Below, piece after piece: positions 1 to 10,006 of a DNA stretch of 64,000 nt (position 1 is its first letter; every line of letters begins with the position of its first letter). The notes under the pieces are model-generated. The model was not told the DNA's origin. It was given only the letters and a program-made list of their open reading frames with translations, and ran no database searches. Position numbers and translations under genes: made by a program. The DNA comes from Phycisphaerae bacterium (GTDB lineage Bacteria; Planctomycetota; Phycisphaerae; UBA1845; Fen-1342): contig CAXXWX010000003.1 of the NCBI GenBank assembly GCA_963675745.2, positions 1-64,000 of the forward strand. Reading direction: 5' to 3'.

Positions 1-392
1 GGTCACGAGCAGCGAGCGCACGATTGCCCAGCAAGCCGAACTGATGTTCGACAAGGTCAACGGCAAGGGGCGCCGGCAGGCTTTGGCGATGTCGCGCCTG
101 TATGCCACGCCCGCGGCGGCCCCAGCGCGTGCTGGAAATCGGCTGGCTGAATCGTGAGGCCTCGCGCGAGAAAGCAGTGCAACTGATGCAAGAACAGATC
201 AGTCATGTCGGCGCCGCGGCCATCTCGCCGCACTGCGACGTCCGGATCCTGGCGATCAACATCGACCCCGCCTCGCTGGACGACCAGGCGGCGTTTGTAG
301 CGGCGGCGGGCAATCAGGCCGAGGTGACCAAGAGCCTCGCACCACAAGGCTCGGAACATCCGGAAGTGCACCTGGAGATCACGCGCAGCTAG
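1..392 (+). CDS. Partial CDS (5' truncated, +1 frameshift near 120); possible M15/LAS-fold zinc peptidase-like protein
   Basis: Frame 2 from base 2 reads VTSSERTIAQQAELMFDK...LYATPAA and joins the 102..392 frame (QRVLEIGW...SPHC...AINIDP...HPEVHLEITRS) if one C is removed from the CCCC run near 120. The S/T-R-x3-Q, SxH and HLE pattern resembles M15-type peptidases. Confidence 0.4.
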
Positions 393-396
393 CAAC

Positions 397-424
397 AACG
401 GCCGACTCGGGGGTCGGCCGTTAC
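397..424. repeat. REP-like palindrome
   Basis: AACGGCCGAC-TCGGGG-GTCGGCCGTT-AC; reverse complement of the family copy at 31768-31794. Confidence 0.75.
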
Positions 425-427
425 ACG

Positions 428-3122
428 ATGACGGAGACGTTTGAGATGCCAACCCCGACGGTTACGGCGCCCGACCCGGTCTACCAGGAGTGGCCCGCGA
501 AGCCGGCCAATCCGGAGAATCTGCCGGAAGACAAATACGAGAAGTACCCCTACACAGCCGGCGAAACTCTGGAGAGCATCGCCCGACTGATCTCACTGCC
601 GGAACGCACGGTCACCGAGAACGAGATCGCCCGGCTAAACTGGGGCACGAGCGCTGAGGAGCATCTCAATTGACTACCTGAAGAACAACAACGGTTGTCG
701 CGTGAATGCCCAGGGCACGCGCTATGTGCTCGCCGATGAGGACACGCAGCCCTGGCTGTGGATTCCCAAGGTCGAACCACCCGTGCGCATCGGCCGGTTT
801 CGGACACCCGGCAAACACGAGGTCGGTCGACGTCGCGCCCGACGACGCCGAGTCGGATGTGCACATCAACACGTTGCGCGTGCCGCCCGTGTACGCAATC
901 ACGCTGCGGCTTGGTGACGTGGATGCCCTGTTTGATCCACTGGATGAGCCCGGCAAATCACCGTGGCAATGCAAGGGCATTCAGCAGCCGACTTCAGGTG
1001 CTGGGGTATTTGTACGCACCGCTGGACCCACGCCAAAATCGAGGAAAATCACCGGAGCAGGTTTGGCGGCACTACGTCAAGATTCACACGCCGGCAGGGC
1101 GAAGCCGCCCCGGCGCCGGCACGCTGGCCCGAGTTCAAGGCGCTGCTCAAGGGAGGAAGTACAAAACAACCTGCTCTGCCGATGTCGATTCGGTACCCAC
1201 CAAATCCGGCAAGATCTACAAAGGCGGCCTGCCGCGCAAGGGGCGAGTTCGCGATGATCCGGCTTCCCGGCGGCTACGCGGTCACCAAGGGAACATCACC
1301 AGGGCGAGTATCATACGGATGCGAAGTATTACTACGATATCGGCCACGACCGGCACGCGGCCGAAGACGACGTTTTGGCGCAGAACCCGCTGATGCACAA
1401 GCTGCCGCTGGTGGCGACCGTACACCGGCTGTTGCCCCGACGGCAGCCGCATCCCGGCCGAAGGTGCCTCCGTGTATTTCCAACTCGTCAAGCCCGATGC
1501 GCTACCCGATGCGCACGCGCTGCCGCGCTGCCAGAAACCGCGCCAGACCATCATGGAGTATGGCCAGGATCATGCGACCGATCCGGGCCCGTTCGAGCTT
1601 GGTGATGACGTCAATCCCGAGGGGGCCGCGGAAGTTCATCAAGGAGGCTTTCGCCGGACAGGACGCGGTTGACGACGATGACCCGCAAAAGGACAACGTC
1701 GATCGCAAGTACGCCGGCAAGCGGCGTATCCCGGTTGCGGGCGAGCAGGCCGGCGGCAGCGCGGTTTCCGGTGTTTTTGAAGTGGCAACCAAGCGGGTGG
1801 GGCTCCACACGCGGCGCAGCCCGCGTCATGCCGACTATGGCAACCTGATACCCGCGCGCGTGGTCGAGCCGGACGTTGACGGTTCGACGGCGCCGCCGAC
1901 CAAACGGCACGGCTATGCGGTTTGCGCAAAGGCGAACGAGAAAGGCAACGCCGGCGTGATCTTCATGCCGTCGCGTTGTGGCGGCGACACGTACAAGCTG
2001 CGCGCGTATGTCGGCCCAGAGAGCCTGGAGTTTGCCGGCGAGGATGAGAACGGGCCGGTGGTGGAAACCGGTACGATGGTCGTGTGGCGCAATCTGCGAC
2101 TCTACAAGTACTACCAGCGTCCCACGCCGGCCAGCAACGCGGTACACGCCAACGTCGCCGGCATCTTCACCGACGGTGACCCGAATACGCCGAAGAAGGC
2201 GATTACCGACTATGTCCCGGCGGCCGGCGCCGGCGCGCGCACGCCGACGGTGGACATCACCGATGCCGGCGGCGCCGAGGCGGTACACAACGAAACCCCC
2301 TTTGAGCAGTGGTGGGACGGCGCGCTGAACCCCAATTACCGCTCGGTCGATCATCGCCCGAGCGGCGTGATTCAGCAGTACAAGCAGTGCTACTGCGAGA
2401 TGATCGTGGAAGCCGCGGCGCGCGCGCCGGAGCAGTTGACCGAGGCGCAGTGGCAGGCGGCGCTCGACGAGGCCATCAAGGCGGCACAACGCAGTTTTCC
2501 GAAGCGTGTGGACTGGGACGAGCTGTTGGTGCGCGAGCCATCCCCGTATCTCCTCGCGATCCGGCACTGGAAGAACTACAACAAGCGTATCCAGACCAAG
2601 GCCTATGCCGCCCCCGCGACCAAGCCGCCGGACATGACGCCGACCGACATCCTTCCGGTCGCCGATGCACTCGGCTACTACGGCGTGGAGGCGTTGATGA
2701 TGCACCTGGCCGGCGGCGGCGTGTTGCCGGGCTTCACCATTGTCCAGACGCTGGCGGCGACGCCCTGGGATGACTGGGGCGTGGCAACCGTGGCGACCAG
2801 TGGTCTGGCCGCGGCCGGCCGCGCGGTCGTGCTGAGCTACTCACAAGACACCTACGCGGGTGACTGGTTCTGTTACTCCGTGTCATCGAACGCCGTCCAC
2901 GAGCTGTCCCACGTGTTGATGCGAACGCACCAACAGCCGAACCCCAACAACGGCGACTGGGATCTGCACCAGGATCAGTCGCAGCAGGGCGTAGCTTCAG
3001 TCTCGGGGGAGTGTACCTGCGTGATGTCATACATGGGTTGTTACGGCGAGTTGTGCGGGCGGTGTGTGCTGGCGCTTCGCGGGTGGAAAGCCAAGAGCGC
3101 GACGTGCGCTGATGGAGTGTAG
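428..3122 (+). CDS. Large (~890 aa reconstructed) putative secreted effector with a C-terminal HExxH zinc metalloprotease; 5' third broken by multiple +1 indels
   Basis: Protein-like segments continue across ORFs 428..673, 702.., 706.., 758.., 1375.., 1472.. and 963..3122. The N-terminus has a LysM-like GETLESIAR segment. The C-terminus has AVHELSHVL..H, a CVMSY Met-turn and LCGRC. Confidence 0.6.
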
Positions 3123-4698
3123 CGAGGTGCGCCGGCGTCCGGATCACGGTGCGACTGCTCGATTGAAAGCACGTGCTGCGCGGCACCGCCGCGCGGCGCT
3201 CATGGTGCTCGGATTGCTGGGCACGCTCGCTTGGAATGTAAAGGCGGATGAAATGGCGGTTACAGCGACAATCTCACTCGACGAGCATGATCTACTGTAC
3301 CAACAGGTCGCAATCTGCACGGCGGAACTGCGGAATGCGGACAAAGCCGCCGTGCGCAACGTGAACCCGCGCAACCTGGGCGGTGGACCGACGATACTCT
3401 TGACCAATGTTGACACGGGCGATGTGTCGAGATTCAGCCAGCCGCGAAAACAGGGCGTGCCGCCGCAACTCGTGGATCTGGCCGGCGGCGCTCAGCTCAC
3501 GCGTGAATTCGCCCTTTCGGATTTCATCGAGTTTCCCGGGCCGGGCAAGTATGACTTGCAGGCCTATTACGAATGGGACGGCGGTGCGGGCGAGGCAACT
3601 TCGCCGCCGGTGCGGCTCACGTTGCGCCCCTCGAATCCACGTACTGCATGGGTCGAGTCAACGCACGGCGGCGCCGCGCCGTATTACGCAATCGCATGGA
3701 GCGGGCCGCGCGACGCGACTGACACCAGACACGAGCTTTATCTGTCGACCATCAGCACCGTGAAACGCCCCCGGGTGATCGAGTGCTCGCTGCTGGAGGA
3801 GACCGCCGGCCCTGTTCAGCCGTATGTCTCAGTGCCGCCCAACGCGGCGCCGCATGTGCAATGGGTGGCGTGGGTCGCGGACAGTTCGCTGCACTACCTG
3901 ATTCACCAGAGCGGACGGGTGTCGAACGCCATGAAGGCGCGTCTGCCGAGCGCGCATTGCCGCATCGTGCCGCCCTTGCTCCAGAATCCGCCGAAACGCG
4001 GAAAAAACGTGCCAGGCGCGAGTGTGGTCTTGTACGAGCGGGCGCCGGAGGCCACGGAAGGACACCTGCTCGTGCTGCACCTCTCGGCTAACGGCACGGT
4101 GCGCAGCGAGGCCCCCATGGTGCTGCTGGGGCCGGCACCCCGCTGGGCGGAAACGGCGTACTTGTCGAACCAGGAGCGGTATACGTTCGTAGCGACGCTG
4201 TCCGAGCGCAAGACGGCCTTGCAGGTGCTACCCTGGTCCGCACACGCCGGGTTGAAGGCTCCGGTGCCGCTGGCAGATTGGCCGGGTCGCTGCGTGGCCG
4301 GTGACCTCTGGCTGACGGAAGACGATCAGGTTGTCGGCGCGCTCCTGCTGGAGAGCGGCCCGGATACGGCCCGCACGTACGCGTTTCAGACGTGGAAGTA
4401 CCGGCATCCGAACCAGTTTGACGCCGTCGGCAAGATCGACCTGTCCGTGCCGACGGACATGGGGCTCGAATATGCCAACGTATCGATCAACGCGGCCGGC
4501 CGGCCGTATGCCATGGTCCGTGGCAACGGCAAGGGCCGCCCGTGGTTTTATTGTGACGCCAAGGGCTCGGTCATGCCGATGCCGCGCGCCGCTGAAGAGT
4601 ATCAAGCGCCGATGCAGGTGCTGTTCCGCCGTACGACCGACCCCACGATCATGTATACGGTGGCCGGTCGCGGTTTTCAGTTTGCCAAGCCTGATTAG
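3112..4698 (+). CDS. Hypothetical beta-rich protein (start uncertain: 3112, 3202 or 3252); possible immunity or accessory partner
   Basis: Long intact ORF abutting the protease gene. Ig-like N-terminal part (PGKYDLQAYY); the remainder is propeller-like. Confidence 0.65.
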   Translation: MECSEVRRRPDHGATARLKARAARHRRAALMVLGLLGTLAWNVKADEMAVTATISLDEHDLLYQQVAICTAELRNADKAAVRNVNPRNLGGGPTILLTNVDTGDVSRFSQPRKQGVPPQLVDLAGGAQLTREFALSDFIEFPGPGKYDLQAYYEWDGGAGEATSPPVRLTLRPSNPRTAWVESTHGGAAPYYAIAWSGPRDATDTRHELYLSTISTVKRPRVIECSLLEETAGPVQPYVSVPPNAAPHVQWVAWVADSSLHYLIHQSGRVSNAMKARLPSAHCRIVPPLLQNPPKRGKNVPGASVVLYERAPEATEGHLLVLHLSANGTVRSEAPMVLLGPAPRWAETAYLSNQERYTFVATLSERKTALQVLPWSAHAGLKAPVPLADWPGRCVAGDLWLTEDDQVVGALLLESGPDTARTYAFQTWKYRHPNQFDAVGKIDLSVPTDMGLEYANVSINAAGRPYAMVRGNGKGRPWFYCDAKGSVMPMPRAAEEYQAPMQVLFRRTTDPTIMYTVAGRGFQFAKPD

Positions 4699-4719
4699 CA
4701 GGCTCTGAGGAGTAGCCGC

Positions 4720-5361
4720 ATGCCACCTGCCGCACGTCTGACCGACACAACTCAACACGGCCCACCACTGACCCCCGGCCCGGGTAGTCTCACGGTCAGC
4801 ATCGGCTACCTGCCGGCCTGGCGCGCATTGCCGGCCAACGTCGGTTCGGGCCTTGAGCAAGCCAGCAACACGATGAACACGTTTATGAAGTCGCCCGCAC
4901 TGACTCCGCCGGATGCGACGGCGAAGCTCGTACAGGTACAGACTGGCCTGACACTGGCGGCGGGGGCGGCGGCCAACGGCAACCCCGCCGCACCGGGGGC
5001 GGTGACATCCGGCTTTGCCACGCTGACCGCAACCAACGCCGGCTTAACCGCGGCGTATGCGGCGGCATCCGCGGTCCCCGGTGGGCAGCCGGCGGCCACG
5101 CAGGCCTACACGCAGGGCATCAAGGCCGCCGCCGCGGCGACGGCCAGTGCGGCGGTTTCCGCGATTGTCGGTCAGGCTGACATGCACATGTGTCCACTTC
5201 CCTGCCCGATTCCCCCACACGGACCGGGCGTCGTGACACAGGCCAGCACGACCGTCGAGATCGATGGGCTGCCCGCCGTCCGACAGGGCGACAAGGTCTT
5301 CGAAGCCTGCGGCGGTCCTGATCCCATCGCAAAGGGCGATCCAACGGTGGACATCGGCTGA
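4720..5361 (+). CDS. PAAR-domain spike-tip protein with an Ala-rich insertion
   Basis: MPPAARLTD...GSLTVSIGYLPAWR at the N-terminus; HMCP...PPHGPG...STTVEIDGLPAVRQGD...CGGPDPIAKGDPTVDIG at the C-terminus; GAGGAG RBS. Confidence 0.9.
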   Translation: MPPAARLTDTTQHGPPLTPGPGSLTVSIGYLPAWRALPANVGSGLEQASNTMNTFMKSPALTPPDATAKLVQVQTGLTLAAGAAANGNPAAPGAVTSGFATLTATNAGLTAAYAAASAVPGGQPAATQAYTQGIKAAAAATASAAVSAIVGQADMHMCPLPCPIPPHGPGVVTQASTTVEIDGLPAVRQGDKVFEACGGPDPIAKGDPTVDIG

Positions 5362-5583
5362 CCTTTGTCAGTGACATGTCACTACCGCTGACACCGGTGG
5401 GCGTGCGGCTTGCCGCACCTTCTCTCTGTGCGGGCGAGGCCGCCGATCCAACACCCACGCGTAGCATCGTTGCATCAAGTCGTCGAACTTGACAGAATGG
5501 GTGAAGCCTCAAAGGCTCGCCGAAGGTCACCGTATTGCCCTGCTGACCGGCGTGTCGCTGGCGGCAATGGAAGGAGCGGATGG

Positions 5584-7248
5584 ATGCGGAATCGTGGACA
5601 CCTGGTGGTGAGCCCTCACCTTTATTCAATCTCGGCCGCTTATGTAATGTTCGCGGTCGCCGTGGCAGCGGCGGACGTCGCGCCGATCAACATGAACGGT
5701 CCGCTGGATGATTGGGACACGGTAAGCGTGGCGTATCTCGACCCGGCGGGTGATGGGGGGGCCAGCGGCGTCGACCTGGGACGCTTGTGGATAGCCGACG
5801 ACGATGACTTCCTGTTCCTGAGGTTTGAACTGGGTACCGAAATCGATCTGAGTGAGAACAACGATCTGCGCCTGTACCTCGACACGGACGCCAACAGCGC
5901 AACCGGCCTGGCGGTCGCCGGGATCGGGGCCGAGTTGGAATGGCGTTTCGGCGACAAGATCGGGACGTTTTACCACGCGTCCGGTTCGACGACGGTATAC
6001 CAGTGGAATCTCAATCTGCGGGGCGCGCCGACCGTTAGCGCCGATGAGTTCGAGTTCGCCGTCGGGCGTAACGTTTTGCCAGACGACACGAACCCCCTGT
6101 TTACCGGCTCGACGATCCGAGTTGCAATGCGGGAGGTGGGCGGAGACCAACTGCCCGACACCGGCGACGTTGTGGACTACACGCTCGACCAGGGGCAATT
6201 GCCGCCAGAGACGGTAATCCCGTTCGCGCGGGACGATCCGACCGACCTGCGCATTATCACCTACAACGTCCTGGTTGACTCACCTTGGGTTCCGAATATC
6301 GAGCCCAGGTTCGGCCGTCAGTTTGCCGCGGTCGTACCTGACATTCTCAATTTCCAGGAGATTTACGAGCACTCCGCCACGGAGGCCGCCGAGCTGGTCG
6401 GGCGGTGGATCGCCCCCGAACCCGGTGAAGACTGGTATGCGGCCGGCAATGCCGACTGCAAAACAGTCAGCCGCTACCCCATTCTGGGATCATGGGGGCT
6501 GGACGGCAACCTCGCCGTTCTGATCGACACTTCGGCCGCTTTGGGCAGTCAGCTACTGGTGATCAACGCACATTTGCCCTGTTGCGAGAACGACTCGGGC
6601 CGACAGAGCGAAGTCGACCGCATCATGGCCTTCATCCGCGATGCCAAGCAACCCGGTGGCTCTCTCACTTTGGCCGCCGACACGCCGATCATCATCGCCG
6701 GCGACCTCAATCTTGTGGGCTATGCCCAGCAACTGACCACCCTGCTCACCGGCGACATAGTCAACAACGGCCCGTTCGGGCCCGACTTCTCACCCGACTG
6801 GGACGGGAGCGCGCTGTACGACCTGATTCCGCGCCACACGGAAATACGCATGGGCTACACGTGGCGCGACCGCACGACTTACTTCTGGCCCGGCCACCTT
6901 GATTACATGATCAGCTCTGACGCCGTCATCGAGGTCGGCAACTACTTCACCGTTGACACCGACAACATGTCGCAGGAAAGCCTCGACGCCTATGGGTTGC
7001 AGGCTATCGACTCGCACAGTTTCGACCACCTGCTGTTCTGCGCCGACTTCCGGCCGGTATCCCCAGACCCCGGCGATTGTGATGGCGATGGCTATGTGAA
7101 CTTTGACGACTTCGTTGATCTGGATGCGTGCCTGGCAGGCCCGGACGGCGGCTTGCCGCAGCCGGATTGCTCCTGCTTCGATCTCGACGAAAACGGCGCC
7201 GTCGATCTGCGGGACTTGGGCGATTTTCAGATGCTGTTCACGGGCTGA
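5584..7248 (+). CDS. Secreted endonuclease/exonuclease/phosphatase (EEP) family protein with an N-terminal beta-sandwich domain and a C-terminal dockerin/EF-hand-like tail
   Basis: RIITYNV, PDILNFQEI, INAHL, IIAGDLN, LDYM and FDHL motifs; signal peptide; GDCDGDGYVNFDDF...DLDENGAVDLRD tail. Start uncertain. Confidence 0.8.
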   Translation: MRNRGHLVVSPHLYSISAAYVMFAVAVAAADVAPINMNGPLDDWDTVSVAYLDPAGDGGASGVDLGRLWIADDDDFLFLRFELGTEIDLSENNDLRLYLDTDANSATGLAVAGIGAELEWRFGDKIGTFYHASGSTTVYQWNLNLRGAPTVSADEFEFAVGRNVLPDDTNPLFTGSTIRVAMREVGGDQLPDTGDVVDYTLDQGQLPPETVIPFARDDPTDLRIITYNVLVDSPWVPNIEPRFGRQFAAVVPDILNFQEIYEHSATEAAELVGRWIAPEPGEDWYAAGNADCKTVSRYPILGSWGLDGNLAVLIDTSAALGSQLLVINAHLPCCENDSGRQSEVDRIMAFIRDAKQPGGSLTLAADTPIIIAGDLNLVGYAQQLTTLLTGDIVNNGPFGPDFSPDWDGSALYDLIPRHTEIRMGYTWRDRTTYFWPGHLDYMISSDAVIEVGNYFTVDTDNMSQESLDAYGLQAIDSHSFDHLLFCADFRPVSPDPGDCDGDGYVNFDDFVDLDACLAGPDGGLPQPDCSCFDLDENGAVDLRDLGDFQMLFTG

Positions 7249-7328
7249 CGCGGCAACGGCGCACGCGGCCGTCCGGCGGCGGCCGCCGTTACATCTGACC
7301 ATAGCGCGATGCTATATGCGGGGCCCGA

Positions 7329-9822
7329 CTACTGGCCGGCAGCCTGTAGCACGACGCCACCGACTGCGGGGACACTCACCGTAAGCTGACCATCGTCGGC
7401 CGCCAGCGTCTCGTCAGAGCCGAACACGCCTTGCCAGCTCTGCGGCAGGTCGTCCGTCAGGGGGATGCCGACCTCGCGCGGCGTGTCAGACGCGTTGAGC
7501 ACCACGAGCACGCGTTCACCTTCGCCACTGCGCAGGAAGGCCCAGACGTCGGCTTCGTCATCGGTGAGCAGTGTGTCAAAGGCGCCGGTGGCCAGCGCGG
7601 GATGTTCGCGGCGCAGGGCTATGACCCGCTTGTAGAATTCGAGGTGGTCCTGCATCACCGCGTTTTCCGTCGGATTCTCGTAGGGCTCGAGGTCTTTCCA
7701 GAGCATCGGCTTGCGGTTCGTCGGGTCATCGGCGCCCCACATGCCGACCTCGTCACCGTAATAGATCATCGGCGCGCCGACATATGTCATCTGGAGCAGG
7801 ACCAGCAAGCGGGCCCGCGCATAGGCGGCGGCTGACGGCTTGCCATTGTCATAATCCGGGCCGTTGTCCTGGACGCGGTTTTTGCGGTCGTACTCGCGGT
7901 CGGGGTTTTGGGCCATCGATGCCAGCCGATCGGTGTCGTGGCTGTCGAGCAAGGTCTGCAAGGCATAGGTCGCCGCGATCGGGTAGACCAGGCGCAACTC
8001 CTCGAGGCGTGTGGCGGCCTCCGAGGCGCTGATCTTCAACTTGTGATCGATGATCCACTTCACCGCCACTTTGGCGAACTCGTAATTCATCACCGCGTCG
8101 AAATGGTGGCCGTCCAGCCATTGATCGGCCCGGTACCAGATCTCCCCGGTCAAATACGCATCCGGGTTGATCGATTTCACATGGCGCCGCCATTCCGCCC
8201 AGAACGGCCGCGGGACTTCGATGGGCACATCCAGGCGCCAGCCATCAATCCCGTCACTCGGGTCACCATCACCATCAGGGTCCATCCAGCGGCGTGTAAT
8301 GTCGAAGAGATGCTGCCGGACCGCGGCCGCCGCGAACCCGTTATAGCTCTTCTTGAACACGGGCATCTCGGCGACATCCGCCCAGCCGGCAATCACAAGC
8401 GGTTCCCACGACGTAACGTCGAACCAGTCGGCGAACGGCGAAATCTTGCCGTTGCACACGATGTCGACATACGCCGGGTGCTCAGCGCCAACGTGGTTGA
8501 AAACCCCATCGACAATCACTTTGAAGCCCATCTCATGGGCCTTGGCGATGAAGTCCAGGAAGCGGCGGTCTGACTTGGTCCATTGCCAGGTGCCCGGCGC
8601 CATCAGGTCTTCTTCGCTCAACAGCTCCTCGTAGCGATCCGGCGTGCCAAAGTGCGGATCGATGTGCAGGTAGTTGCCCACATCATACTTGTGGTTCGTC
8701 GGTGCGGCGAAAACCGGGTTCAGATACAGGGCGTTGACGCCCAGCGCCTTGAGGTAGGGCAACTGCTCTTCGATACCGGCGATATCTCCGCCGTAGAACC
8801 GATTGAAGGCATACTCGTCGTAGAAGGTCTCGCCGCTGGACTCTTCCCAAGGCGAGGGCGTAAACCACTCGCTGGTCCAGGGGCGGGTCTGCTCGGGGTC
8901 GTTTTCTTTGTCACCATTACGGAAGCGCTCGGGGAAGATCTGGTACCAGACGGCGTGTTTGGCCCACTCGGGGATGTCGAAGACCGCGCGGTTGGTGAAC
9001 GTGTAGGTGTAGGTGTCGGAGGCGCTGGCGCGCTTGTCGCCGTCTTCCAGCACAAAGGTGTACTTGATACGCCGCAGTCCGGGCGCGGTGTCATCAGAGC
9101 TGGTGGGCACATGAATCTGCCAATAGGTGAACAGCGGCCCGACCGAGACGGGTTCCATCGGAAGCTCGTCGCCGTCGCGCACCGCCAGCCAGACGCGCTG
9201 AACGTCATGCGACAATGTGCGGTAACGCAAGAGCAAATCGTCCATGTCGAGCACCTGGAGATAGAGCGGCTGGCGCGGTTGGTGCTCGAGGCCGATCGCG
9301 TCAATCTCGCCGTCACCGAGCTTGGCATTACTGGACGGCGTGGTAGCCAGACGCCCGAGGCGCAGCAGCGAGTTGAAGCCGCCGAAGCCGTCAGATGCGA
9401 GATCCTGGTTCAGCGGGTCGTTATGCCATTTGTCGTCCACGACAGAACTTGTATTCATGTACTCCGGTCTGGAGTTCAACCTCCGCGGACCAGGCGCCGG
9501 TCTCATCCGGACCGCGCATGGGGTTGGCCAGGCGATCCCAGCTATTGAAAGACCCCGTCAGGATAACCTGCTGCACCTCACCCTTGGGGCGGAAACTGAA
9601 GGTGCACAGCCAGGTGCCTTGACCCCGCGGTACGGCTGATACTGAGCTGGGCAGCGGCGCCATATCTTCCACCGCCAACACCGGTGCGATCGGCGGAGCC
9701 GGTGGCCATGTCTCTTGCGCAACTGTCAAGCAGGTGACGGCCGTCAACGTACAAAACGCAACCAGCCGGCGGGCCCATGTTATGTGGTTTGAACGGGTGG
9801 GGTATGCCTTTATCGTATTCAT
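7329..9822 (-). CDS. Secreted GH13 alpha-amylase/neopullulanase-cyclomaltodextrinase with an N-terminal CBM48-like domain; one +1 frameshift near 9445
   Basis: WYQIFPERF, GGDIAGI, NHKYD, DGVFNH, DGWRLDV, GEIW and DSHDTDR motifs. The N-terminal part (signal peptide, VILTGSFNSW...GVHEYKF) lies in ORF 9421..9993 and joins VVDDKW after removing one T (AAG TTC t GTC GTG). Confidence 0.85.
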
Positions 9823-9886
9823 GGTTCGTAGTTTACCAACCGGCCAACGGACCGCAACGCCGCCGGCGCGGCAGGAGAGGGAAGAA

Positions 9887-10002
9887 GAATGCAGAATTAG
9901 GAATGCAGAATGCAGAATGCAGAATGCGGGATGATGGATGCGGACACCCTGGGCCCGGCGAAGGCAGCGGCGCGGTGGTTCTGCATTCTGCATTCTGCAT
10001 TC
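9887..10002. repeat. Inverted heptamer tandem repeats, (GAATGCA)~6 and (TGCATTC)3, around a ~50-bp spacer
   Basis: Read directly: 9887-9928 and 9979-10002. Confidence 0.9.
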
Positions 10003-10006
10003 ATTA

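Noticed and set aside
9421..9506. Programmed frameshift or phase variation in the GH13 gene (also 19455 and 57475)
   Set aside because: No slippery heptamer or long homopolymer; same single-base-insertion pattern as the error-rich 5' end.
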